This document shows positions 50,501 through 58,372 of a stretch of DNA of 64,000 nt, one piece after another (position 1 is the first letter of the stretch; each line of letters begins with the position of its first letter). The position numbers were made by a program, and so were the translations under genes. The notes beneath the pieces were generated by a model. The model worked only from the letters and a program-made list of their open reading frames with translations. It searched no databases and was not told the origin of the DNA. Origin of the DNA: an uncultured Planctomycetaceae bacterium (GTDB lineage: Bacteria > Planctomycetota > Planctomycetia > Pirellulales > Lacipirellulaceae); assembly GCA_964650265.1 (NCBI GenBank), contig CAZYQQ010000010.1, forward strand, positions 1 to 64,000, read 5' to 3'.

Positions 50501-50740
50501 AAGCGGGTGTTGACGCAGTGGTTCAGCTATCGTAAGAAGAATCGTGAGCGGCCAATCATCGGCGACCGGCGACCCCCGTCGAAACTCGGCGACATCCAAC
50601 CCGACCATTGGCTGGCGGAGTACACGACCGAGCTGCTCAACGTGTTGAACGTTCTGGCGATGCTCGTCGAAATGGAGTCGGATCAGGCAAAACTCTTGGA
50701 GGCCATTTGCGATGGGCGGACGATTGATTTCCGTGGATGA
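47525..50740 (+). CDS. Single-polypeptide restriction-modification enzyme of Type IIL/IIG (MmeI-like). N-terminal PD-(D/E)xK endonuclease, gamma-class N6-adenine methyltransferase, and a C-terminal target-recognition region.
   Basis: The nuclease motif is RPDYAI..VGYVEIKAPGK (D..ExK). MTase motif I is DPAVGTGTF and motif IV is VIGNPPY, plus the SYYTPPEVVEPMIRL region. 1071 aa with no helicase motifs. GC is low. Confidence 0.75.
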   Translation: MLDLKTAIARFGADAKAKLANPAATGEPEDQLRAPLEALFADLAELCGFKRDWVTAVGESSLSALKTRPDYAITLRNVLVGYVEIKAPGKGADPRRYKGHDKEQWEKLQSLPNLLYTDGNAFSLWQDGELVGSIVELEGDVETSGGKLAAPLELVARFDNFLRWEPIPPKSAAELAKVSARLCRLLRDEVTEQLAEKDPALTDLAADWRHLLFPEANDAQFADGYAQAVTFGLLMARSSDIKLAGGLDQVGKQLGKTNSLIGAALRLLTDEVGSESTLKTSLGALVRVLDSVNWLAISKGNPDAWLYFYEDFLAVYDNRLRKLTGSYYTPPEVVEPMIRLVDDVLRKYFARSAGLASADVTLADPAVGTGTFILGVLRRIAADVEADQGPGAVPQAIESAIGRLIAFEMQLGPFAVAQLRVFAELRELMGKPPRAVPRMFVTDTLDNPYAKVEEMGSLYRTISQSRLQANEIKANEPITVVIGNPPYKEKAKGRGGWVEEEQLSKWMPPAAWGVGAHAKHLRNLYVYFWRWATWKVFDRDAPNDTGVVCFITVAGFLNGPGFQGMRAYLREKADRIWVVDCTPEGHQPDVPTRIFQGVQQPVCIVLAARSKSKGVKKPATVKYTLLPAGKREEKFASLAKLKLNSKAWQECSTDWRAPFLPAATGDWVSYPALDELFAYNGSGVMPGRTWIIAPDAESLHLRWRILTRAKPDQKQDLFVPHLNKGKLGDRHIDREVKKGLPGYPDNATSIANERGNSLAPVLYGFRSFDRQWIIPDNRVLNRPNPELWRSHGTHQLYLTAPSDRSPTAGPAISFTTGIPDLHHYNGRGGRVFPLWRDSETTQPNLPPKLLEFLSATYKRPVAPEDVVAYLAGVAANPAYTARFQDDLAQPGLRIPFTAEPSLFAKAVELGRRVIWLHTFGERFADRKGGRPPGPPRLLKDRAPRIPKDGAIPDDPESMPDTMTYDEAHRRLNVGAGFIENVPREVWQYEVSGKRVLTQWFSYRKKNRERPIIGDRRPPSKLGDIQPDHWLAEYTTELLNVLNVLAMLVEMESDQAKLLEAICDGRTIDFRG

Positions 50741-50938
50741 ATTGCGGGCGGCTGGGGCACTGGACGTGCCGCCAGAGTGGCGGAAGTCGCTGGGGGGCGG
50801 GAAGTCGCGTGATGACCAAGGGCAACGGAGTTTGTTCGACGATTTAGTGGACGATCCGACGGGCGAGGCGCCATCGTCCGAGTCGACTAGCGCCGTCGGC
50901 GATGAGTAACGGAGAAGTACGTTTGGTAATCCCGGATT

Positions 50939-51601
50939 TCAGACGGCCTCCTCACTGCTTGGCATATCAGGCTGCGGCATAAGAAGATCGGGCCAGTATC
51001 GTTTTCGCAGTCCCTCGTGTACCTTGCTGAGGCTCCAAGGGACAAGTGCAGCAGAGGAGGTGACCTCTTCTCCGCGCGTCAGTCTGACCGTCCAGTCACT
51101 TGCGTAATAGGCGTCCGAATTGAACGTAAGTTGAGGAAACACACTAACGAGACGTTCCGCGTCGTTGTCACGTTTGTTGCGGGTTGTCCACGCGAAGTGC
51201 GCAGCCACCTTGTCGCGGAAAGGCTTTACTTCTGGCAGTACGGCCTTAACGTACGCCTCATTGTCTCGCGCCGGATCGCACTTCTGAGCGATGATATTCA
51301 CCGTGCGGACGTAGTTGCAAGCCGAGACCGCGTACCAATGAAACGCACACGTAAGGAGAGCTTTTGGAATATCCGCATCCATTCCGGAGTTCCCGAAATG
51401 CACCACATGCACACCCTTGGGTGTCCGAGAGGCTACGACGTTCTCAGCACGCTGTACTTGCCGGCACAAGAACTCCATCCCTTCAAACATGCAGAGAAGC
51501 GCCCAGTATTCATTCGTGGGTTCTTCAAACACGTTTCCGGGTACTCTTATGTCGTCGATGTGATCGAGCACCGTAATGTCTAACTCTTTCACGTATGCCA
51601 C
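50939..51601 (-). CDS. Hypothetical protein (220 aa), second gene of a tight two-gene cassette next to the RM gene.
   Basis: Clean ORF in low-GC DNA, 3 nt downstream of the preceding gene. I recognise no motif. Confidence 0.5.
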   Translation of the reverse strand: MAYVKELDITVLDHIDDIRVPGNVFEEPTNEYWALLCMFEGMEFLCRQVQRAENVVASRTPKGVHVVHFGNSGMDADIPKALLTCAFHWYAVSACNYVRTVNIIAQKCDPARDNEAYVKAVLPEVKPFRDKVAAHFAWTTRNKRDNDAERLVSVFPQLTFNSDAYYASDWTVRLTRGEEVTSSAALVPWSLSKVHEGLRKRYWPDLLMPQPDMPSSEEAV

Positions 51602-51604
51602 GTT

Positions 51605-52213
51605 TCAACTCCTTTCGTCGTCTATTTCCACAAAATACTTGTGATGCTCTATCACATTGGCGTACTGCGTAGAAACATTGAGCACATCGCATGCATACAT
51701 CAAGAACGATGCCATGACAAACGGCTCATAGTCTAAAAGCTTCCCAGCGTCTTCTTGGAGTTCGTGGTCAGAGTGGAATATGACGCCGTTAAAGAGGATG
51801 TCGCATATCTTCTGTGGCGTGTAGGGCACTTCGGACCCAGGTGCGCCGATCGCTATCTTTAGTGGAGGGTCCTCCGCTGCCTCCTTCAACGCACTCTTAA
51901 CACGTTTGAAAGTCGGCCGTACATCCTCTGGCGCATACTGGACCAGAATGTTCATCACCCTAAACAGTTGCGTCGGTTCCCGCTTCGCGACTAACTTACG
52001 AAACAATGTGGCAAACGAGCGGAAGTCGTCACGATCATACTCTGGGTACCGGCCTTCTGTACTATCACGAGTAACACGGATCGTATGGTCTTGCTCTCTG
52101 AGTTGTCTGACGAAGCGGCACGCGTGCAGTTCGCCAACAACCTTATGAAAGGCGCGAAGTATTTGTACATTGGTTTGCTTTTGCATCGTTGTCTTTCTCG
52201 CTTGGCCTTCCAT
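51605..52213 (-). CDS. Hypothetical protein (202 aa), first gene of the two-gene cassette.
   Basis: Clean ORF in low-GC DNA. I recognise no motif. Confidence 0.5.
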   Translation of the reverse strand: MEGQARKTTMQKQTNVQILRAFHKVVGELHACRFVRQLREQDHTIRVTRDSTEGRYPEYDRDDFRSFATLFRKLVAKREPTQLFRVMNILVQYAPEDVRPTFKRVKSALKEAAEDPPLKIAIGAPGSEVPYTPQKICDILFNGVIFHSDHELQEDAGKLLDYEPFVMASFLMYACDVLNVSTQYANVIEHHKYFVEIDDERS

Positions 52214-52405
52214 TACTAGATTGTGCGATTGAGATCGAGGTTCGCATCTTGGACTGGATTATATCTCAAAATGTGGATCTCCGAAGGCGCCTACGTCGCT
52301 TTGATTGGTCGAGACAGACCTTTCCGGGTGTGGCACGCGTCCCGGTCTTCGATTAGAAAGCGGGCCGATGGAGCAAATTCCACGACCGGGACGGTCGTAC
52401 CACAC

Positions 52406-53062
52406 TCACCCCACTGGCACCACGCAAATACTCTCCAGCGCCCGCGGCTCCAACCTCAGCGGTGCCGCTCCCAGGTCGAGCGTGCGGCTGCCGTCGGCGT
52501 GGGTTTGTCTTACTTCGCCGGTGACGCCGATGCCGATGCCCGACTCGGTGAGTTCTCGCAGGAACTCGGGGGACTGTTCCAGCACCCGGACGATGCGGAA
52601 CTCCTGGCCGGTGTCGCATTCGGCCAGCGGGATCGCCCCCCACTCGACGATCGCCCCGTCGGCGGTGGGGATCGGGTCGCCGTGGGGGTCGAACTTGGGA
52701 AAACCGAGGAACTGGTCGATCCGATCGACCAGCCGGTCGCTTACGGCGTGCTCCATGTGCTCGGCCTCCTCGTGGACCTCGTCCCAGGTGAGGTCGAGGG
52801 TGTGGGCCAGAAAGTGCTCGATCAGCCGGTGCCGCCTGATAACCCGCAGTGCGAGGGCCCGACCGGCGGAGGTGAGCTGCACCCCTTCGTAGGGGCGGTA
52901 GGTGGCGAGATTGCCATCGGCCAGGGTCTTGAGCATGCTGGTCACCGTGCCGGGGGAGACCCCCATCGCCTCGGCAATCCGGCCGGTCGCGATCGATTGG
53001 CCACCCGTCGCGTCGAGTTGAAAGATGGTCTTGAGATAGTTCTCGACAGTCAGACTCGCCAC
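52406..53062 (-). CDS. DtxR/MntR-family metal-dependent transcriptional repressor with a C-terminal FeoA/SH3-like domain.
   Basis: MASLTVENYLKTIFQL.. HTH. Metal-site residues in ..HEEAEHMEH... C-terminal SH3-like FRIVRV segment. Confidence 0.85.
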   Translation of the reverse strand: MASLTVENYLKTIFQLDATGGQSIATGRIAEAMGVSPGTVTSMLKTLADGNLATYRPYEGVQLTSAGRALALRVIRRHRLIEHFLAHTLDLTWDEVHEEAEHMEHAVSDRLVDRIDQFLGFPKFDPHGDPIPTADGAIVEWGAIPLAECDTGQEFRIVRVLEQSPEFLRELTESGIGIGVTGEVRQTHADGSRTLDLGAAPLRLEPRALESICVVPVG

Positions 53063-53076
53063 GCCGCTCGCCTCCA

Positions 53077-53160
53077 GAAAAAGGTGTCAGGAACCTTTTT
53101 CTTATGTGCATGCCTCACTGCAAAGCGATTTGCTGAAAAAAGGTTCCTGACACCTTTTTC
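53077..53160. repeat. 85-bp paired-palindrome element. Two inverted copies of AAAAAGGTGTCAGGAACCTTTTT are separated by a 33-nt spacer containing GCAAAGCGAT. A second family member is at 58806-58880.
   Basis: Exact reverse-complement arms, read directly. Each 23-bp arm is itself an 8-7-8 palindrome (AAAAAGGT..ACCTTTTT). It lies in the divergent dtxR/hydrolase promoter region, 15 nt upstream of the dtxR start. Confidence 0.7.
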
Positions 53161-53269
53161 GTTCGCCCGATGGGTTGCCTGCCTCGCTGGCGACCCTGTA
53201 CCCTAGTCTAGCCGACGCCCCCACGGCTGAGAACGACACCTCCCGCAGCTCGCCCGCGATCCACACGGC

Positions 53270-54178
53270 ATGACAACATCTGACTGGCGAGCCCTCTACC
53301 CGTTCGACTCGATTTGGCACCAGCTCCCCGCCGGGCGGATGCACTACATCGATCGGGGAGGGGTCGACCAAGGCGCCCAGCACGGCGATCGGGGGACGCT
53401 GCTGTTCGTTCACGGCAATCCGACCTGGTCGTTTCATTGGCGGCGACTCGTCGCCGCGTTCGAGGGTCGCTATCGCTGCGTGGCCGTCGACCATCTCGGT
53501 TGCGGGCTCAGCGACAAGCCGCCGCAAGCGTTCCGCCTGGCCGACCACATCGCGCACCTCGTCTCGCTGGTCGATGCCCTGAAGCTCGACCGGGTCACCT
53601 TGGTAGCCCAGGACTGGGGTGGAGCAATCGGCCTGGGGGCGCTGCTCCAGCGGCCGGAGCGATTCGAACGGATCGTCCTGTTCAACACCGGGGCATTTCC
53701 CCCTTGGTTCATCCCCTGGCGAATCGCCCTCTGCCGGGTGCCCGTCGTGGGACGCATCGCCGTGCAGGGGGGGAATGCCTTCGCCCGGGCGGCCCTGCGG
53801 ATGACCTTGAACCGCCGGCGGCGGCTCGACCGAGCGGTCGAGGCAGGTTGCCTCGCCCCCTACGACAGTTGGGACCACCGCCGGCAGATTTACGAATTCG
53901 TGGCCGACATCCCGATGAACGAGCGTCACCCGACCTGGGAGACATTGGCCACAATCGAACGAGGGCTGCCGACCCTGGCCCCTCTGCCCAAGCTGCTGGT
54001 TTGGGGAATGAAGGACTGGTGCTTCCGCCCCGATTGCCTGGAGAAGTTCGTCGGCTACTGGCCCGAGGCGGAGGTCCATCGGCTGGAGGATGTGGGGCAC
54101 TGGGTGGTGGAGGATGCGCCGGAGGAGGCGCTCACCTTGGTCGAGCAGTTTCTTGAGCGGACAGTCGCCCCGTCGTGA
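53270..54178 (+). CDS. Alpha/beta-fold hydrolase (haloalkane-dehalogenase-like).
   Basis: HGNPTWSFHWRRL and the nucleophile elbow VAQDWGGAIG, with a catalytic His near the C-terminus (VGHWVVEDAPE). Confidence 0.8.
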   Translation: MTTSDWRALYPFDSIWHQLPAGRMHYIDRGGVDQGAQHGDRGTLLFVHGNPTWSFHWRRLVAAFEGRYRCVAVDHLGCGLSDKPPQAFRLADHIAHLVSLVDALKLDRVTLVAQDWGGAIGLGALLQRPERFERIVLFNTGAFPPWFIPWRIALCRVPVVGRIAVQGGNAFARAALRMTLNRRRRLDRAVEAGCLAPYDSWDHRRQIYEFVADIPMNERHPTWETLATIERGLPTLAPLPKLLVWGMKDWCFRPDCLEKFVGYWPEAEVHRLEDVGHWVVEDAPEEALTLVEQFLERTVAPS

Positions 54179-54260
54179 GATTTCCCGAAACGATGGGACA
54201 CGGATGAACACTGGTTGTTCGGGTCACCACGGATCGGAAAGCATGCTTTAGGGGGGCACG

Positions 54261-54675
54261 CTTTGAGAAGGGGGCTTGGTTGGTGGGAAGAATGGGACGG
54301 GGATTTACCGGATTGGACAGGATTGCCAGGATCAGACCCAATCGGGCGCGCAAGAAAATCCGAGCCGGGGACGTGAGTCCCCGGAGTAGGTGCATAAAAA
54401 AATAGGCCACGGATTAAAGCGGATCGTTCGGGTCACCACGGATCAGACAGAACAGGGCATTTGGGGCGCCCCTGTGAAAGGTGTGCGCTTTCTGATCCGT
54501 GGTGATCTGTCGCATCCGTTTCAATCCGTGGCCTATTTTTTCACGCTCCTCCGGGGCTGACACCACCCGGCTCAGGTTTTTGCTGTCCCTCCCGCTCAGT
54601 CTGATCCTGCCAATCCTGCCAGATCCTGAAAATCCGCGTCCCATTCTTCCCACCAACCAAGCCCCCTTCTCAAAG
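54261..54675. repeat. About 415-bp nested foldback (palindromic) element. The outer perfect 39-bp inverted repeats are 54261-54299 and 54637-54675. There is an inner imperfect IR (54396-54452 and 54489-54544) and a central GGGGCGCCCC palindrome.
   Basis: Reverse-complement relationships verified by eye along the whole length. Direct repeats of GTTCGGGTCACCACGGATC occur at 54218 and 54426. It lies intergenic between the hydrolase and purE. Confidence 0.65.
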
Positions 54676-54781
54676 TGGGTCGCGGAATTGGTCCGGTTGA
54701 CAACCTCCCGTCCGGCGGTCGATTATTGAGCTTTCCCCGCTGTTCGTTCCGACTCCGTCACCACTCGCCCTGCGTAAGCCG

Positions 54782-55279
54782 ATGACCCCCAACAAACAGC
54801 CCCTGGTGGGCATCATCATGGGCTCCTCGAGCGATTGGGAAACCATGGCCCAGGCGGTCGAAGTGCTACAGGAGTTTGGCGTACCGTACGAAGCCAAGGT
54901 CGTCTCGGCCCATCGCACCCCGCAGGACATGTTCGACTACGCCAAGGAAGCCGAACAGCGGGGGCTCGAAGTCATCATCGCGGGCGCCGGCGGCGCGGCC
55001 CATCTGCCGGGGATGGTCGCTTCGCTCACGGTGCTCCCCGTGCTTGGTGTGCCGGTGCAGAGCCGGGCCCTCAGCGGGCTCGACTCGCTCCTCTCCATTG
55101 TCCAGATGCCGGGTGGAATTCCCGTCGGCACGCTCGCCATCGGCGCGGCTGGCGCGCGGAATGCGGGACTTTTGGCCGTGCGAATCCTTGCCACCTCGCG
55201 CGAGGAACTGCGACAACGACTCCGCAGCTTCAGCGAGGCGCAAGCCGCCTCGGTCCGCTCGCAGACGTTGCCGGAGTAA
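54782..55279 (+). CDS. purE: N5-carboxyaminoimidazole ribonucleotide mutase.
   Basis: [33 protein letters not shown] canonical PurE. Confidence 0.9.
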   Translation: MTPNKQPLVGIIMGSSSDWETMAQAVEVLQEFGVPYEAKVVSAHRTPQDMFDYAKEAEQRGLEVIIAGAGGAAHLPGMVASLTVLPVLGVPVQSRALSGLDSLLSIVQMPGGIPVGTLAIGAAGARNAGLLAVRILATSREELRQRLRSFSEAQAASVRSQTLPE

Positions 55280-55287
55280 GTCTGCCC

Positions 55288-56433
55288 ATGATCCCTCTCG
55301 CGCAACCGCTGCCCGCCGGTTCGATGCTCGGAGTCTTTGGCGGAGGGCAGCTTGGCCGGATGTTTGCCCAGGCCGCCGAGCGAATGGGCTACGGAGTCCA
55401 CGTCTATTGCCCCGAGGCAGACTGCCCCGCGGGTCAGGTCGCCGCGCGGCATACGCAGGCCGACTACCACGACTTCCAATCGATAGCCGAATTCGCCCAA
55501 CAAGTCGCCGCAGTGACGCTCGAGTTCGAGAATGTCCCGGTGGCGGCGGCCGAGGCGGCCGCCTACTACGTGCCGGTCTGTCCCAGTGGCGAGGCCCTCT
55601 ACACGGTGCAAGATCGATGCCGCGAGAAGGGCTTCCTCACCGCGGCCGGGGTCCCTTGTGCTCCCTATCGCAACGTGCGAACAGCCGACGAACTTCATGA
55701 GGCGATTGCCAGCGTCAAATGCCCGGCAGTCCTCAAGACGACGAAGTTCGGCTACGACGGCAAAGGGCAGGTGGTGATCCAGAGCGCCGACCAGGCCGAC
55801 GACGCCTGGGCACGGCTCGGCAGACACAAGTGCGTGCTCGAGAAGTTCATTCCCTTCAAGCGCGAGATCTCCGTCCTCGTCGCCCGCGGTGCCGACGGCG
55901 CGATGGAGACCTTCGGCCCGATGGAGAACACGCACACCAATCACATACTCGACGTCTCGATCTACCCGGCGGCGACCGACCCGGTGGTCGCCCAACAAGC
56001 GATTGTCGCCGCGCGACGCGTGGCGACCGAGCTCGACCTGGTGGGAATCGCCTGCGTCGAGTTCTTCGAAACCGAGGAGGGGGCAGTCCTGGTCAACGAG
56101 ATCGCCCCCCGCCCCCACAACTCGGGGCACCTGACCATCGAGGCCGCCACGACCAGCCAGTTCGAGCAGCAGGTACTCGCCCTGGCGGGGCGCCCCTTGG
56201 GCAAGATGGAGGCCTCCCGCCCGGCGGCGATGGCCAACCTGCTGGGGGACCTGTGGGCCAGCGGCGAACCCCACTGGGACCGAGTGGCCGACTTCCCTGG
56301 GGTCGTGCTCCACCTCTACGGCAAGCACTCCGCCCGCCCGGGCCGCAAAATGGGGCACCTCACGGCCCTGGCCGACAGTCCCGACGACGCGGCCCATCTG
56401 GTGCGGGCAGCCCGCGACGCGGTAATCCAGTAG
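55288..56433 (+). CDS. purK: N5-carboxyaminoimidazole ribonucleotide synthase (ATP-grasp).
   Basis: GVFGGGQLGRM.., ATP-grasp motifs, and the ..NEIAPRPHNSGH.. signature. It follows purE after 8 nt. Confidence 0.9.
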   Translation: MIPLAQPLPAGSMLGVFGGGQLGRMFAQAAERMGYGVHVYCPEADCPAGQVAARHTQADYHDFQSIAEFAQQVAAVTLEFENVPVAAAEAAAYYVPVCPSGEALYTVQDRCREKGFLTAAGVPCAPYRNVRTADELHEAIASVKCPAVLKTTKFGYDGKGQVVIQSADQADDAWARLGRHKCVLEKFIPFKREISVLVARGADGAMETFGPMENTHTNHILDVSIYPAATDPVVAQQAIVAARRVATELDLVGIACVEFFETEEGAVLVNEIAPRPHNSGHLTIEAATTSQFEQQVLALAGRPLGKMEASRPAAMANLLGDLWASGEPHWDRVADFPGVVLHLYGKHSARPGRKMGHLTALADSPDDAAHLVRAARDAVIQ

Positions 56434-56458
56434 GTCCCGTGCAACTCTTCAGCCAACT

Positions 56459-56635
56459 GAAGCGAAATAGCCCCGTCCCAAGGATTTCAACACGGAGGCA
56501 CTGAGACACGGAGATCAACGAGCGGGTTTTGCAGCGAATCCTATCTCTTGGTTTTTTGAAATAACTCAACATCAACGCACACGCCAACCCGCCAATAACA
56601 TCTCCGTGCCTCTGTGTCTCCGTGTTTTTTATCCA
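56459..56635. mobile_element. MITE-like repeat element of about 177 bp, flanked by a 12-bp direct duplication CTTCAGCCAACT. An inverted homologue is at about 60295-60484.
   Basis: Direct repeats at 56447-56458 and 56636-56647. Internal inverted ACACGGAG-rich ends. The body aligns in reverse complement to the element upstream of the DUF1501 gene. Confidence 0.55.
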
Positions 56636-57022
56636 CTTCAGCCAACTCAGTCGGCTGAAAAGTTACGCCACTGTAAATAGAAAGCCGCTCCAACCAGTTT
56701 GACCGATTGGAGCGGCAAAGAGCAATCTCGCCTAATGAAGTCGACGGTACGCACCGACGCCGATCAAGCCGAGCACCGACCAGACCACGATCGTTGTCGC
56801 CTCGGGCACCGGGGCCGGAGTGAAGACCACACTAATGATCAGGTCGTCATGATTGTCGTCAAAGTTGGCTCCATTGTCGTCATAACCGAAGTACAGTCGA
56901 TTCGCATCATGCCCATTACCTGGTCCTACAAAGATTCCAAATTGATCGCTGCCAGGACCATGCACACCCGCAGGAACGGTAGTAGCGCCATCAACGCCCC
57001 CCCCAGTGAAAAACTCAACCAC

Positions 57023-57166
57023 GACAATCCCAGACACGCAACATTGGCGTTGCTGTCAGATCGAATTAAATCGTTGCGACAGTTGGTGTTGCGCTGCCCG
57101 GTCTGATTTAGCGCGCCACTGCGGCTCGGGATGAAAGGTTGACTGTCTGCGTTTGGGCCGTGGGAC
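57023..57166. repeat. About 140-bp direct repeat, copy 1 (GACAATCCCAGACACGCAACATTGGCG..GATGAAAGGTTGACTGTCTGCGTTTGG). Copy 2 is at 58373-58530.
   Basis: About 95% identity, read directly. The two copies bracket the SUKH-1 gene. Confidence 0.75.
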
Positions 57167-57421
57167 GATTTTCTAAATCGTCGGCGGTGCCAGCCGACGT
57201 AGCGATCAAGAAGAAGGAGGTCGGGGGGATGTTCGTGGAGGTCAGCCAAGGGGGCGTGTTTTGAATTGGCTTGTAAGGATCACGAAAACGCGAAAGATCG
57301 AAAGCTCCGATCGAGTCCGTGTGCCACGCAACGCGGGACCAACACCAAGGAACTTTCGTGTTTTCGTGCTTTCGTATTCGTTGCAATCCATGTGAAGGCT
57401 GAGTGCCTCGGATTGCGTCAA

Positions 57422-57895
57422 TCAATTGTGAGTAGTATCAATGCGGCTCGCAAGCCACGCATCGAATGCATAGCTTGTTAGTTCACCGACATCTAATTCA
57501 TCCCAGCATTTTGGCATTTCAGGGACTAGGACGATTTCAGCGTCGTGTTCACTATCCATTTTCAGTAGCAACAACTGCCCTGTCTCACGGTCCCTGCCGA
57601 TAGGTATGTACTTTGAAAAGACGTCGTGCTGCTTTTGCCTAGACCAGGAAGCTACTATATCAAGCATGTCATCAATGCGGCGTAGCTCCAGGCCAACTTG
57701 ACAGTCGCCTAGCGTTGAGAAATAAACGCCGGAGCCGAGTTCACGCAAAAATTCCCTATAAAATCCTGGCAACTTGATCGACCGCTTCTTTTCGATTGCA
57801 AGCAATTCTTCTTCATTGAACTGCTTTTCAACGCCACACCACCCTCGTTCTCTCGTTTGAACACGAGACTTATCGGTTTTTGATCGCTCAACCAT
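57422..57895 (-). CDS. SMI1/KNR4 (SUKH-1) family protein, an immunity-type protein of polymorphic toxin systems, in a low-GC (about 45%) segment.
   Basis: ..EEELLAIEKKRSIKLPGFYREFLRELGSGVYF.. fits the SUKH-1 LP..Y..FL..G pattern. No toxin gene is adjacent. The start was chosen at an internal Met; the track ORF extends to 58075. Confidence 0.6.
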   Translation of the reverse strand: MVERSKTDKSRVQTRERGWCGVEKQFNEEELLAIEKKRSIKLPGFYREFLRELGSGVYFSTLGDCQVGLELRRIDDMLDIVASWSRQKQHDVFSKYIPIGRDRETGQLLLLKMDSEHDAEIVLVPEMPKCWDELDVGELTSYAFDAWLASRIDTTHN

Positions 57896-58372
57896 TCGGC
57901 GGATACTGGATAGTATATGGTGTGACATTTGACGTGGTGAGTTCCTACAGGTCGAAGATGATTTCAAATGGCTCGTTGTTCCTAGCAACTTTCTTGCCGC
58001 TAATGACAAGGGTGCGTGAAGTGAAACGCACCAAATGGCGCCGTACCCCAATCGGTGCGTTCCGCTCCGCTTCACGCACGCTACGGTACTTTCGATCTTT
58101 CGTGATCCTGATAAGCCAATTCAAGACACGAAACCTTGGCTGCCCGCCACGGCCATCCCCCCATCCCACAACATCCCCCGCATCTCCTTTTGGAAACGCC
58201 CCGCTTCGGTGACTCACGTCACCGGCTCAGTGTTGGGACAAAACCAGACACTCCGCTTTCCCCACCCGTCAATATATCAAATTGTCCCCCACCGCCAATC
58301 TTCCTCAAACAAGAGGGGGGGACAATCCCAGACAGGGGGGACAATCCCAGACACGCAACATTCGACAATCCC

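Noticed and set aside
53060-53170. Canonical DtxR/IdeR box (TTAGGTTAGCCTAACCTAA) in the dtxR promoter.
   Set aside because: Only the AGGT..ACCT ends match (about 9 of 19). The sequence is better explained as a member of a repeated 85-bp element. I kept it as a hypothesis only.
54132-54729. Three small ORFs (92, 80, 76 aa) across the 54.2-54.7 kb palindrome.
   Set aside because: They are read-through of a repeat element. Their translations mirror each other because of the inverted-repeat structure.
56360-56587. 75-aa ORF (and the related 60413..60850 ORF) sharing the RFKTRSLISVS peptide.
   Set aside because: The shared peptide arises because both cross copies of the same MITE-like repeat. 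There is no coding signal.
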